From Octopus sinensis (Eukaryota): a stretch of 64,000 bases of DNA. Positions 1 to 12,274 of this stretch are shown here, in pieces; the stretch's first letter is position 1; the number at the start of each line of letters is the position of its first letter. Location of the stretch: positions 95,914,001-95,978,000 of the forward strand of contig NC_043001.1 of assembly GCF_006345805.1 (NCBI RefSeq), given 5' to 3'. A program made the translations under genes and the position numbers. The notes beneath the pieces were generated by a model that saw only the letters and a program-made list of their open reading frames with translations, did not search any database and had not been told where the DNA came from.

Positions 1-668
1 CAGTTTTTCAAAGCAAGACATTTAAAAAATGAATTTAGTTCTGTATCACCGTGATTTCACATTCAACTTTACGTCTTATGATCCTCAGCAGAACTGATTC
101 TGACACATCATAAATAAACTACCAACCTTACGTAGCGAAAACGAACAGACAACTGCTCACTCCGCTCCGGCCAAGCACATGGAATGTTTATAAATCATAT
201 ATCCGGTAAATGGCGGGCTTTTTACGAACTGCATGTCGGGTAATGAAAAGTATGTCGGAATAAGTTTAACAATTAAGGATAATCTCTTAATAAGGGATCT
301 TAACAAGAAATTATCGGGCAGCTAGCGTGAAAACCTCATAAAAGAAAAGAATTCGAAAATAATTTTTTTCTTTTGAACAAATTATTATATCTATATTGTA
401 TAGAGGGCATTATTACACATAAATGCCTCACACTAAGAGGGACAAAGTCATTACTACCAAAATTATACTAATCATACCCAAATGCAGTTTTTCAAAGCAA
501 GACATTTAAAAAATGAATTTAGTTCTGTATCACCGTGATTTCACATTCAACTTTACGTCTTATGATCCTCAGCAGAACTGATTCTGAACACATCATAACT
601 AAACTACCAACCTTACGTAGCGAAGACGAACAGACAACTGCTCACTCCGGCCAAGCACATGGAATGTT
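1..668 (+). repeat. ~480-bp tandem repeat, forward-oriented portion (runs off window start)
   Basis: cagtttttcaaagcaagac occurs at 1 and again at 485 (period 484); the copies are near-identical apart from small indels. Confidence 0.95.
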
Positions 669-1531
669 AAGATCCCTTATTAAGAGATTATCCTTAATTG
701 TTAAACTTATTCCGAAATACTTTTCATTACCCGACATGCAGTTCGTAAAAAGCCCGCCATTTACCGGATATATGATTTATAAACATTCCATGTGCTTGGC
801 CGGAGTGAGCAGTTGTCTGTTCGTTTTCGCTACGTAAGGTTGGTAGTTTATTTATGATGTGTTCAGAATCAGTTCTGCTGAGGATCATAAGACGTAAAGT
901 TGAATGTGAAATCACGGTGATACAGAACTAAATTCATTTTTTAAATGTCTTGCTTTGAAAAACTGCATTTGGGTATGATTAGTATATTTTGGTAGTAATG
1001 ACTTTGTCCCTCTTAGTGTGAGGCATTTATGTGTAATAATGCCCTCTATACAATATAGATATAATTAATTTGTTCAAAGAAAAAAATTATTTTCGAATTC
1101 TTTTCTTTTATGAGGTTTTCACGCTAGCTGCCCGATAATTTCTTGTTAAGATCCCTTATTAAGAGATTATCCTTAATTGTTAAACTTATTCCGAAATACT
1201 TTCATTCCCCGACATGCAGTTCGTAAAAAGCCCGCCATTTACCGTATATGATTTGTAAACATTCCATGTGCTTGGCCGGAGTGAGAAGTTGTCTGTTCGT
1301 CTTCGCTACGTAAGGTTGGTAGTTTATTTATGATGTGTTCAGAATCAGTTCTGCTGAGGATCATACGACGTAAAGTTGAATGTGAAATCACGGTGATACA
1401 GAACTAAATTCATTTTTTAAATGTCTTGCTTTGAAAAACTGCATTTGGGTATGATTAGTATAATTTTGGTAGTAATGACTTTGTCCCTCTTAGTGTGAGG
1501 CATTTATGTGTAATAATGCCCTCTATACAAT
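665..1531 (-). repeat. Same ~480-bp tandem repeat in inverted orientation (~1.8 copies), ending in (TA)n
   Basis: aagatcccttattaagag at 669 and 1148 (period 479) is the reverse complement of the forward unit; the array ends at ctctatacaa followed by (TA)n. Confidence 0.95.
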
Positions 1532-1551
1532 ATATATATATATATATATAT

Positions 1552-1802
1552 ATCACCGTGATCCCCGTGACCGACCAGGCTATCAGATGTTACTACACAC
1601 CGCTGGTCACAATGCGCTTCGCATTGTTTTAGCCTTCAAATGACGCCACCCCGCTGGCTAGGTGACCAGGCCAACAGAAGAAAGAGTGAGAGAAAGTTGT
1701 GGCGAAAAAGTACAGCAGGGATTCCCAACAACCCCTGCCGGAGCCTCATGGAGCTTTAGGTGTTTTTGCTCAATAAACACTCACAACGCCCGGTCTGGGA
1801 AA
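1552..1802 (-). mobile_element. tRNA-derived SINE (OR-like head family, tail type 1), 5'-truncated
   Basis: Collinear with the complete copy at 10992-11266 (gctcaataaacactcacaacgcccggtct; gcattgttttagccttcaaatgacgcc). Confidence 0.85.
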
Positions 1803-2283
1803 TATATATATATATATATATATATAAATACATATATAAACACATACCCATATATACATATATCCGTTTGTATGTTAGTGGTTTTAGAGTCAAGTTTTTG
1901 CTGCTATTTCCACTATTGCGATGTTGATAAATTTAGAGTTACATCTAAATAGCAAGAAGTCTTGTGAGAATTGCCGAACGTGATAGACTGGTCTAGGTAA
2001 GAGATGAATTTGTGTACTCAACTTGTAGTTTTTTGTGAGGAGAATTTATTTATGCTTTTGGTAACTAGCAAGGTGCCATCTCTGTATAACACCCCTTGAT
2101 GTTAGGGGACTGTATATGGAGTTGGTGGTCAAACAAGTTCGGGTTCCCGGGCAGAATCATATGATCCCCAATTAATGTCAAATAAGTTGGTATGGTTATT
2201 GTTATGGTAACTGGCTCGGCACTATATATGCATGTATATGTGTGTGTATGTGTGCGTGCATGTGTGCGTGTGTCTGTGTATAA

Positions 2284-2323
<40 letters not shown>

Positions 2324-2328
<5 letters not shown>

Positions 2329-3946
2329 TATAGTATTCTACGCTGAAGAGAAAAGAAGTTTCGGTAAGATAGAATTATTTATTATTTAATATTTAATATC
2401 TAATTCTTATGCTTTCCTTAAATCTTGATTTCGAAACGTACGTCCGTGGATAACTAAAAAAATGTATGATAGATTGCAGTCAATTCATTCTCTCTTACCT
2501 GTTTGTGTCTGCATTCCAAATGCTGTTTTTACTGAGATCTCCCTTTTTAGTAGAAGAAATAGCTATAACCCTTTGACTGCTATTTCTAAATTCGGTATGT
2601 GGTAAGGCAACTCGTTGCTAAACCCTTATTGCTTAGTATTACTTAAATTTTCCTCGAATGAGGCTTTTACATGCCGAAGACTACTTGGTGTAATTGATAA
2701 TTTTTCCAAATTAATTAATTTCACCCTTCATTATTACGGATAACCATATTTTATCTCAGTAGATGACCACAACATCTTGTTTTGGCTACACGCGGGTGGG
2801 AAGGGGCTGTTGACACAATCGTTTCATTCACAAATTGAATTCGGTGCGGTGATACCAGTTGCGGATTCTAGCTCGCTCTGATACTGAGTGGAGTTGGTGC
2901 CTTCTGGTATCTCAAAATTCAATATATAATCATTTATGATTATAGTATTCTACGCTGAAGAGAAAAGAAGTTTCGGTAAGATAGAATATTTATTATTTAA
3001 TATTAATATCTAATTCTTATGCTTTCCTTAAATCTTGATTTCGAAACGTACGTCCGTGGATAACTAAAAAAATGTATGATAGATTGCAGTCAATTCATTC
3101 TCTCTTACCTGTTGTGTCTGCCTTCCAAATGCTGTTTTTACTGAGATCTCCCTTTTTAGTAGAAGAAATAGCTATAACCCTTGACTGCTATTTCTAAATC
3201 GGTATGTGGTAAGGCAACTCGTTGCTAAACCCTTATTGCTTAGTATACTTAAATTTTCCTCGAATGAGGCTTTTACATGCCGAAGACTACTTGGTGTAAT
3301 TGATAATTTTTCCAAATTAATTAATTTCACCCTTCATTATACGGATAACCATATTCATCTCAGTAGATGACCACAGCATCTTGTTTTGGCTACACGCGGG
3401 TGGGAAGGGGCTGTTGACACAATCGTTTCATTACAAATTGAATTCGGTGATACCAGTTGCGGATTCTAGCTCGCTCTGATACTGAGTGGAGTTGGTGCCT
3501 TCTGTATCTCAAAATTCAATATATAATCATTTATGATATAGTATTCTACGCTGAAGAGAAAAGAAGTTTCGGTAAGATAGAATTATTTATTATAATATTT
3601 ATATCTAATTCTTATGCTTTCCTTAAATCTTGATTTCGAAACGTACGTCCGTGGATAACTAAAAAAATGTATGATAGATTGCAGTCAATTCATTCTCTCT
3701 TACCTGTTTGTGTCTGCCTTCCAAATGCTGTTTTTACTGAGATCTCCCTTTTTAGTAGAAGAAATAGCTATAACCCTTGACTGCTATTTCTAAATTCGGT
3801 ATGTGTAAGGCAACTCGTTGCTAAACCCTTATTGCTTAGTATTACTTAAATTTTCCTCGAATGAGGCTTTTACATGCCGAAGACTACTTGGTGTAATTGA
3901 TAATTTTTCCAAATTAATTATTTCACCCTTCATTATTACGGATAAC
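2324..3946. repeat. ~600-bp tandem satellite, array 1 (~2.7 monomers)
   Basis: Monomer start atgat(t)atagtattctacgctgaag at 2324, 2936 and 3533; array bounded by (TA)n on both sides. Confidence 0.95.
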
Positions 3947-3948
3947 TA

Positions 3949-3998
<50 letters not shown>

Positions 3999-4372
3999 CT
4001 GCGTAAATATAGATGCGTACACTTGTGTGTTGGTTGTCTCTGTATGCCTGTCGGTGTCTGTGTTTATCTAGGTTTCTATATACCTAACTATTGACTTTGC
4101 AACGACTCGCTAGTAACGTTGCGGTCAGTCATATTACTGCATATGGGATGCCAGTAGGAACTTCAGATGTAAACATCCAAATGAGGTGTATAACACAGGC
4201 TATTCATCAGACAAACGATATCTTGATTAAAAGGAAGTTTGAATTGCCGCATGGAGGTACATGAGATCATATGGAAGATTCAATCAGATATTTAACACTT
4301 CCGTTGTTCCGCTTGCTAAGAAACATATATTGCCCAGATCTTACCGAATCCATTCCTTTATACTTGTGTATA

Positions 4373-4731
<359 letters not shown>

Positions 4732-5258
4732 CAGACACACAATATGGGAAGTGTAGTATATGCGAACGATTGCATAATTTTGTGAATATATATTGCACTG
4801 TAAATATAAACTCCATATATATGTGTCTCTCTCATCTTACATCGAAGTAAATAACGGTGCGTCTGTACACACAGGCGCTTGAGGCATTAAAGCATACCAA
4901 GATCCTATATAAACATCATTTAGTTCTTGGTGCATTCTAATGCACCAAGAACGTACAATTTATTTTCACACAAGACTTTGTAGTAATTCACTGGGTTTCC
5001 TGCTGCGAGTGGAGAATATTGCACCTGTAAACATAGCAGTAATCAATATTCCAGCACTTAAATATCTTTGTGCGAGATATGCAAGCTTTATAACTCTGAA
5101 GATGTGATTAATACCTACGAAAGATGTGATTAATAGCTATGAACGCAAGAAGAATATTATGACATCTATAGAACATACAGACATCCAACTAACTAACCAA
5201 CCAACCAACCAAACACACACACACACGTACACACACGTACATACACACGTACACACGT

Positions 5259-5308
<50 letters not shown>

Positions 5309-5313
<5 letters not shown>

Positions 5314-5727
5314 TATAGTATTCTACGCTGAAGAGAAAAGAAGTTTCGGTAAGATAGAATTATTTATTATTTAATATTTATATCTAATTCTTATGCTTTC
5401 CTTAAATCTTGATTTCGAAACGTACGTCCGTGGATAACTAAAAAAATGTATGATAGATTGCAGTCAATTCATTCTCTCTTACCTGTTTGTGTCTGCATTC
5501 CAAATGCTGTTTTTACTGAGATCTCCTTTTTAGTAGAAGAAATAGCTATAAACCTTTGACTGCTATTTCTAAATTCGGTATGTGGTAAGGCAACTCGTTG
5601 CTAAACCCTTATTGCTTAGTATTACTTAAATTTTCCTCGAATGAGGCTTTTACATGCCGAAGACTACTTGGTGTAATTGATAATTTTTCCAAATTAATTA
5701 ATTTCACCCTTCATTATTACGGATAAC
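5309..5727. repeat. Partial (~0.7) monomer of the ~600-bp satellite
   Basis: Same monomer sequence, ending at ggataac followed by (TA)n exactly as array 1 does. Confidence 0.95.
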
Positions 5728-5732
5728 TATAT

Positions 5733-5775
<43 letters not shown>

Positions 5776-6140
5776 CTGCGTAAATATAGATGCGTACACT
5801 TGTGTGTTTGTGTCTCTGTATGCCTGTCTGTGTCTGTGTTTATCTAGGTTTCTATATACCTAACTATTGACTTTGCAATGACTCGCTAGTAACGTTGCGG
5901 TCAGTCATATTACTGCATATGGGATGCCAGTAGGAACTTCAGATGTAAACATCCAAATGAGGTGTATAACACAGGCTATTCATCAGACAAACGATATCTT
6001 GATTAAAAGGAAGTTTGAATTGCCGCATGGAGGTACATGAGATCATATGGAAGATTCAATCAGATATTTAACACTTCCGTTGTTCCGCTTGCTAAGAAAC
6101 ATATATTGCCCAGATCTTACCGAATCCATTCCTTTATACT

Positions 6141-6254
<114 letters not shown>

Positions 6255-6348
6255 ATATATATATATATACGTATATATATATATATATATATAGCTACTG
6301 CACGCATTTTTTTCTCTCCTTCTTTCTGTGTTTTTCTCTCTCTGTGTA

Positions 6349-6386
6349 TCTTTCTGTTGAAGAGCGTAGGCTCGAAACGTTAAAGA
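6349..6386 (+). ncRNA. Duplicate of the minimal hammerhead ribozyme motif
   Basis: Identical to 4550-4587, lying within the segmental duplication. Confidence 0.65.
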
Positions 6387-6483
6387 CTTGTTTTATTTAT
6401 ATTCCTGAGCGCCATACTAATACAATTGTTCGTTTGTTTTCCACCTGCCTTCGTCTTTTGTTTATTTTCATAAAGCTTCCCGT

Positions 6484-6514
<31 letters not shown>

Positions 6515-7089
6515 TATATATATTATATATATACAGACACACAATATGGGAAGTGTAGTATATGCGAACGATTGCATAATTTTGTGAATATATATTGCAC
6601 TGTAAATATAAACTCCATATATATGTGTCTCTCTCATCTTACATCGAAGTAAATAACGGTGCGTCTGTACACACAGGCGCTTGAGGCATTAAAGCATACC
6701 AAGATCCTATATAAACATCATTTAGTTCTTGGTGCATTCTAATGCACCAAGAACGTACAATTTATTTTCACACAAGACTTTGTAGTAATTCACTGGGTTT
6801 CCTGCTGCGAGTGGAGAATATTGCACCTGTAAACATAGCAGTAAATCAATATTCCAGCACTTAAATATCTTTGTGCGAGATATGCAAGCTTTATAACTCT
6901 GAAGATGTGATTAATACCTACGAAAGATGTGATTAATAGCTATGAACGCAAGAAGAATATTATGACATCTATAGAACATACAGACATCCAACTAACTAAC
7001 CAACCAACCAACCAAACACACACACACACGTACACACACGTACATACACACGTACACACGTACACACACATACATATATATATATATAC

Positions 7090-7125
<36 letters not shown>

Positions 7126-7285
7126 GAGATCTTGCTTATGTATGTGCAATCGTATTGACAGTTGACACTCCTCCGCAAGGAAAGTGTACGTACACATACA
7201 AAGCATATACATGCAGCTGCTCGCTCTCACATATCCAAACACCGAAACTCATTTACATTCCTTCATATATATATATATATATATA

Positions 7286-7321
<36 letters not shown>

Positions 7322-7608
7322 TAGAATTAATCAAAGGACATGTTAAAGATGTCTACCTGCTGGAAATAACAGTCAAGACTGTTAAATCCCCCAAAATACA
7401 CTGATAATAGCTACAGAAATCAACAATCCAAAGGCAAACGTACTAAGACGATCTCCCAACATACATTCAAGTATTTGGCTTTGCGTGGACTGGTTTCTGC
7501 ACTGGCAAACATCCTCAGGTTCTTCGGCAATTGTTATCATGTTGAAGTCTGCGTTGCAACTGATTCTTTTCGGCCGAAATTATAGTAGCCACTAGTGTGA
7601 AGTTAACT

Positions 7609-7834
7609 TCAATAAGGTGCAAATTATTCACGTGAAAAAAAAAGATTCACGAAAAATAAATTTTCGAAGATACTATTTGCGTTAGTATTTAATGTAGCAA
7701 CCACCTAAATTATTGATTCTGTTATTATCATTATTAAAATGTTACACTAGATAATAATAGAGCCAATAGTATTTTCCCAAATTATTTCTTCGTGAATGAT
7801 ATTTTTTTCTCGTGAATTTTTTGCACTATAATGA
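7609..7834. mobile_element. Old MITE with ~65-bp imperfect terminal inverted repeats
   Basis: Left tcaataaggtgcaaattattcacgtgaaaaaaaagattcacg...gatactatt aligns with the reverse complement of aatagtatt...cgtgaattttttgcactataatga. Confidence 0.7.
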
Positions 7835-7872
7835 AATATATATATATATATATGCATGTATGTATATATATA

Positions 7873-7919
<47 letters not shown>

Positions 7920-7924
7920 AGTAT

Positions 7925-9075
7925 TACTTGGTGTAATTGATAATTATTCCAAATTAATTAATTTCACCCTTCATTATTACGGATAACCATATTTTATCTC
8001 AGTAGATGACCAGCATCTTGTTTTGGCTACACGCGGGTGGGAAGGGGCTGGTGACACAATCGTTTCATTCACAAATTGAATTCGGTGATACTAGTTGCGG
8101 ATTCTAGCTCGCTCTGATACTGAGTTGAGTTGGTGCCTTCTAGTATCTCAAAATTCAATATATAATCATTTATGATTATAGTATTCTACGCTGAAGAGAA
8201 AAGAAGTTTCGGTAAGATAGAATTATTTAATATTTAATATTTAATTCTTATGCTTTCTAAAAACTTGATTTCGAAACGTACGTCCGTAGATAACTTTAAA
8301 ATGTATGATAGATTGCAGTCAATTCATTCTCTCTTACCTGTTTGTGTCTGCCTTCCAATTGCTGTTTTTACTGAGATCTCCCTTTTTAGTAGAAGAAATA
8401 GCTATAACTCTTTGACTGCTATTTCTAAATTCGGTATGTGGTAAGGCAATTCGTTGCTAAACCCTTTATTGCTTAGTATTACTTAAATTTTCCTCGAATG
8501 AGGCTTTTACATGCCGAAGACTACTTGGTGTAATTGATAATTATTCCAAATTAATTAATTTCACCCTTCATTATTACGGATAACCATATTTTATCTCAGT
8601 AGATGACCAGCATCTTGTTTTGGCTACACGCGGGTGGGAAGGGGCTGGTGACACAATCGTTTCATTCACAAATTGAATTCGGTGATACTAGTTGCGGATT
8701 CTAGCTCGCTCTGATACTGAGTTGAGTTGGTGCCTTCTAGTATCTCAAAATTCAATATATAATCATTTATGATTATAGTATTCTACGCTGAGAGAAAAGA
8801 AGTTTCGGTAAGATAGAATTATTTAATATTTAATATTTAATTCTTATGCTTTCCTAAAAACTTGATTTCGAAACGTACGTCCGTAGATAACTTAAAAATG
8901 TATGATAGATTGCAGTCAATTCATTCTCTCTTACCTGTTTGTGTCTGCCTTCCAATTGCTGTTTTTACTGAGATCTCCCTTTTTAGTAGAAGAAATAGCT
9001 ATAACTCTTTGACTGCTATTTCTAAATTCGGTATGTGGTAAGGCAATTCGTTGCTAAACCCTTTATTGCTTAGTA
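7925..9075. repeat. ~600-bp tandem satellite, array 2 (~1.9 monomers)
   Basis: ggataaccatatttt at 7981 and 8578 (period 597); (TA)n on both sides. Confidence 0.95.
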
Positions 9076-9224
9076 TATATATATATATATATACAAATTT
9101 ATATATATATATAAATGTATAAGTATGTATATATATATTTTTTATATACATACATACATACATAAATATATATGTGTATATATATATATATATGTTATAT
9201 ATATATAATATATATATATAGAGA

Positions 9225-9362
9225 GAGATAGATAGCTAGATAGATAGATAGATAGATACATAGATAGATAGATAGATAGATAGATAACGGGAAGCTTTAT
9301 GAAAATAAACAAAAGACGAAGGCAGGTGGAAGACAAACGAAGATAGATACATAGATACATAC

Positions 9363-9456
<94 letters not shown>

Positions 9457-9457
9457 C
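9225..9457. repeat. (GATA)n microsatellite interrupted by a ~58-bp inverted fragment of the Penelope-like end
   Basis: Direct reading; 9285-9342 is the reverse complement of ~4630-4686. Confidence 0.9.
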
Positions 9458-9489
9458 AATATATATGAATATTCAGATGAATATGGTAC

Positions 9490-9870
9490 TTAAGTTGAGG
9501 TACCAGAATTTAGTACTCTATTATCCATACAATTTTAAAGTAAGGTGACTAAAATCAAAATTGAGCAACAACAATTTCTTTTCCTCTTTCTATTGTAGTA
9601 AAAGTTTGGTATATACTCAAAAGTATTCATGAATTTCTATACTTTTGTTATGATATTCTTCTTAATAATCCTTTGAAAAACCCTAAACTTTAACTGTATA
9701 CAAAATAGTAACACTGTTTAAAATATTTAAGTACAGTATTACATGATAAGACTTCCCCTGTTTCATTATCAATGATCTGCTAGTGGGCGACCCCCTTAAT
9801 TATCAGCTAACATCTTGTTTTATGTTTTCCTTTACCAAACGCCATGTTATTGCTTCTAATAAATAATTTT
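9490..9870 (-). pseudogene. Possible highly decayed L1/Tx1-like LINE ORF2 fragment
   Basis: Minus-strand peptides WRLVKENIKQDV, QIIDNETGEVLSCNTVLKYFKQCY and FKIVW..ILVPQL resemble the APE-RT linker; many stops, so weak. Confidence 0.3.
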
Positions 9871-10991
9871 TTTGACTATACCAACTATGATGAATGTCTC
9901 CTCTCTCAGCCCTACCCCTAACAGATACAGCCCTTTGTTCTCTTAGGTCTAGATATGCAACTATTCTATAGATATAAACTAGTCTATAACTTATAACTTA
10001 CCCTATAAAAACAAACAAATCAGTGACAGGTAGTGTCTGTACCAACGTATATCTTGGAAAAATTCACTAACTTCTAGACTGGAGTGAGACAGAATGTTTT
10101 TTGTGTATTTCAGTAACTTCTAGGAGATTTTACGTATAATTATACTAATGTGTCCATCTGTTCTAATTTAATTAAATTCTATATCTTTGTGCAGTTGAAG
10201 ATTGCTCTGCATTTTAAATTGATGTAATGAATGTATTGTTCAATTAAATGGAGTCGCATGAAACGATCACGCTGTATTACCTCTGGATATCCTTGTTGCT
10301 TATTTAGATATATATATATATAGAGAGAGAGATAAATTGAAATGCATATGGATATCCGTGTTTCTGTGTATTTGTGCGTATAGTGGCACATTTCAGTTCA
10401 TAATACCTTATAGCTATATCTTAAAAATTATTGGAAACTGCGTTTATTATTGAATTTAAATAAACTCTCCTCACAAAGTAGCCTCTATTTTGTTGTATGA
10501 TTACTGACATTACTGGAAAAAGCTGCGAACACATTATGAACACAATGGATTTCATAGAACATATTAAACATTGTGAATATTATCAAGAGATACACTATTT
10601 TGATAAAGAGAGTATTGGTAATATTGATAATGTAGTCCTAAATATAATCTGAATGAACGTACGCAGCAACAGGATTGACGTATTTTTACTCCGAAAATAA
10701 TTATACATCAATGTTCAGCAATAAATTTGGCAATAGCTTGCTATTCTTTTTAATTCTGAATTTTGTGATAAATTTGATTATGATCAAAGGATTTGTGGTG
10801 GAAACACTATTTTAAGATTTGAACATGTCTAAGAAAATAATTTCATAATTTATTCCTAACCGTCTAGAGGTGTACGTAATGTCAGTTAGAAGTAAATGGC
10901 TTGATTGTTTACAGTTTTCTTTCATGAGAAGGTCAACCCATAAGTTCGAAGTATATTATTCGCCTCCTCGATGCATAATTTCCAAACTTTC

Positions 10992-11266
10992 CAGCTACAC
11001 ATCACTGGTCACAATGCTCTTCGCATTGTTTTAGCCTTCAAATGACGCCACTCCGCTGGCTAAGCGAGCAGGCCAACAGATGAAAGAGTGAGAGGAAGTT
11101 GCCGCGAAAGAGTACAGCAGTGATCGCCATCATCCCCTGCCGGAGAATCGTGGAGCTTTCGGTGTTTTCGCTCAATAAACATTCACAACGCCCGGTCTAA
11201 GAACCAAAACCGCGATCCTACGACCGCGAGTTCGCTGCTCTAACCACTGGGCCATTGCGCCTCCAC
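10992..11266 (-). mobile_element. tRNA(Arg)-like-headed SINE (OR-like), tail type 1, complete head
   Basis: Minus strand begins gtggaggcgcaatggcccagtggttagagcagcgaactcgcgg with A-box and B-box-like (ggttttggttcttagacc) segments. Confidence 0.88.
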
Positions 11267-11639
11267 GTATGAGTATTTAGTTATAATGTATGAGTATCAT
11301 AACGAGTGGATTCACATATAATAGACGTAAAACGTATTTGCTATTACTATTTTTAAGTTATCGATATAAACAGCCAGAGCCGTTGGATTTTTAGATCTCT
11401 ATTCTTTTTACAAACGAGTTAAAATGCACCCTATACCTGACTCTGAAGTCAACAGTACTCGTTATGTATACTTTTCTGGTATCCTTTATGGTATTTATTT
11501 CGCATTTATATACGATGTCTCAGGTAGACACTGGCCGTTCAAAGCTCAGGCGTTTCGGGATCGACAGTTGCATCATTTTTCCCCAGTATACTAGCGTTAT
11601 TATCAACGTTATTTCCCGATTTAAATCTATTGTTCGCTT

Positions 11640-12165
11640 CTATAATCGACCCCCAAATTTGGAGTCATAGAATAGGATAATTTCAAAGATGATCTACTGA
11701 ATAAAGAGTGAAACTTTGTGTCCTAAGGAGAAGTACCTATCAATTAACCTAAAAACATATTAGGAAGATTCTAAATTTGAAGGGAAAATTCAAGGGTAAA
11801 GCAGATTATATCCCGTTTTCGAGATGTTTTATTACTAGGATCTTTGCTAAAGTTTGATTTCCCTCCAATCCTATAATTCAAGTGATTGCTATTTCTATTA
11901 TATCTATATTTGAGTCTTAATTCAGGAGGGTAGGTATCATCAGGGACATCTATATTTAGATCGCCTAGATTTAAGGCGCTATGATTCAACTTTATTTCAA
12001 ATGGGGTATTTGCAATGTAAAAGATTATTTTTTTGAAGCCACTATTCATTAAAATTAGATTATAGGCATGTGTATGGTTGCTAAAGATCTGCTCGGTGCT
12101 GATAGGTAAGATATTGTAATTGATATTGATGGCACATTTTATTATCTTTACGAAATGGGTGAAAT
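11640..12165 (-). pseudogene. Decayed Penelope-like reverse transcriptase fragment
   Basis: Peptides IKCAININY...SALNLGDLNIDVPDDTYPPELRL...KTSRKRDIICF resemble the PLE RT segments YPPEL.L and K.YDKRDDF. Confidence 0.5.
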
Positions 12166-12214
12166 ATACCGTTATATGAATTTAGAGTATATAATACACA
12201 CACACAGACACACC

Positions 12215-12274
<60 letters not shown>

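Noticed and set aside
2333-2376. Hammerhead-like CUGAAGA-GAAA(agaag)UUUC in the 600-bp monomer
   Set aside because: GAAA core is replaced by GGUA, there is no stem III, and the attcta/tagaat stem is out of register with C3.
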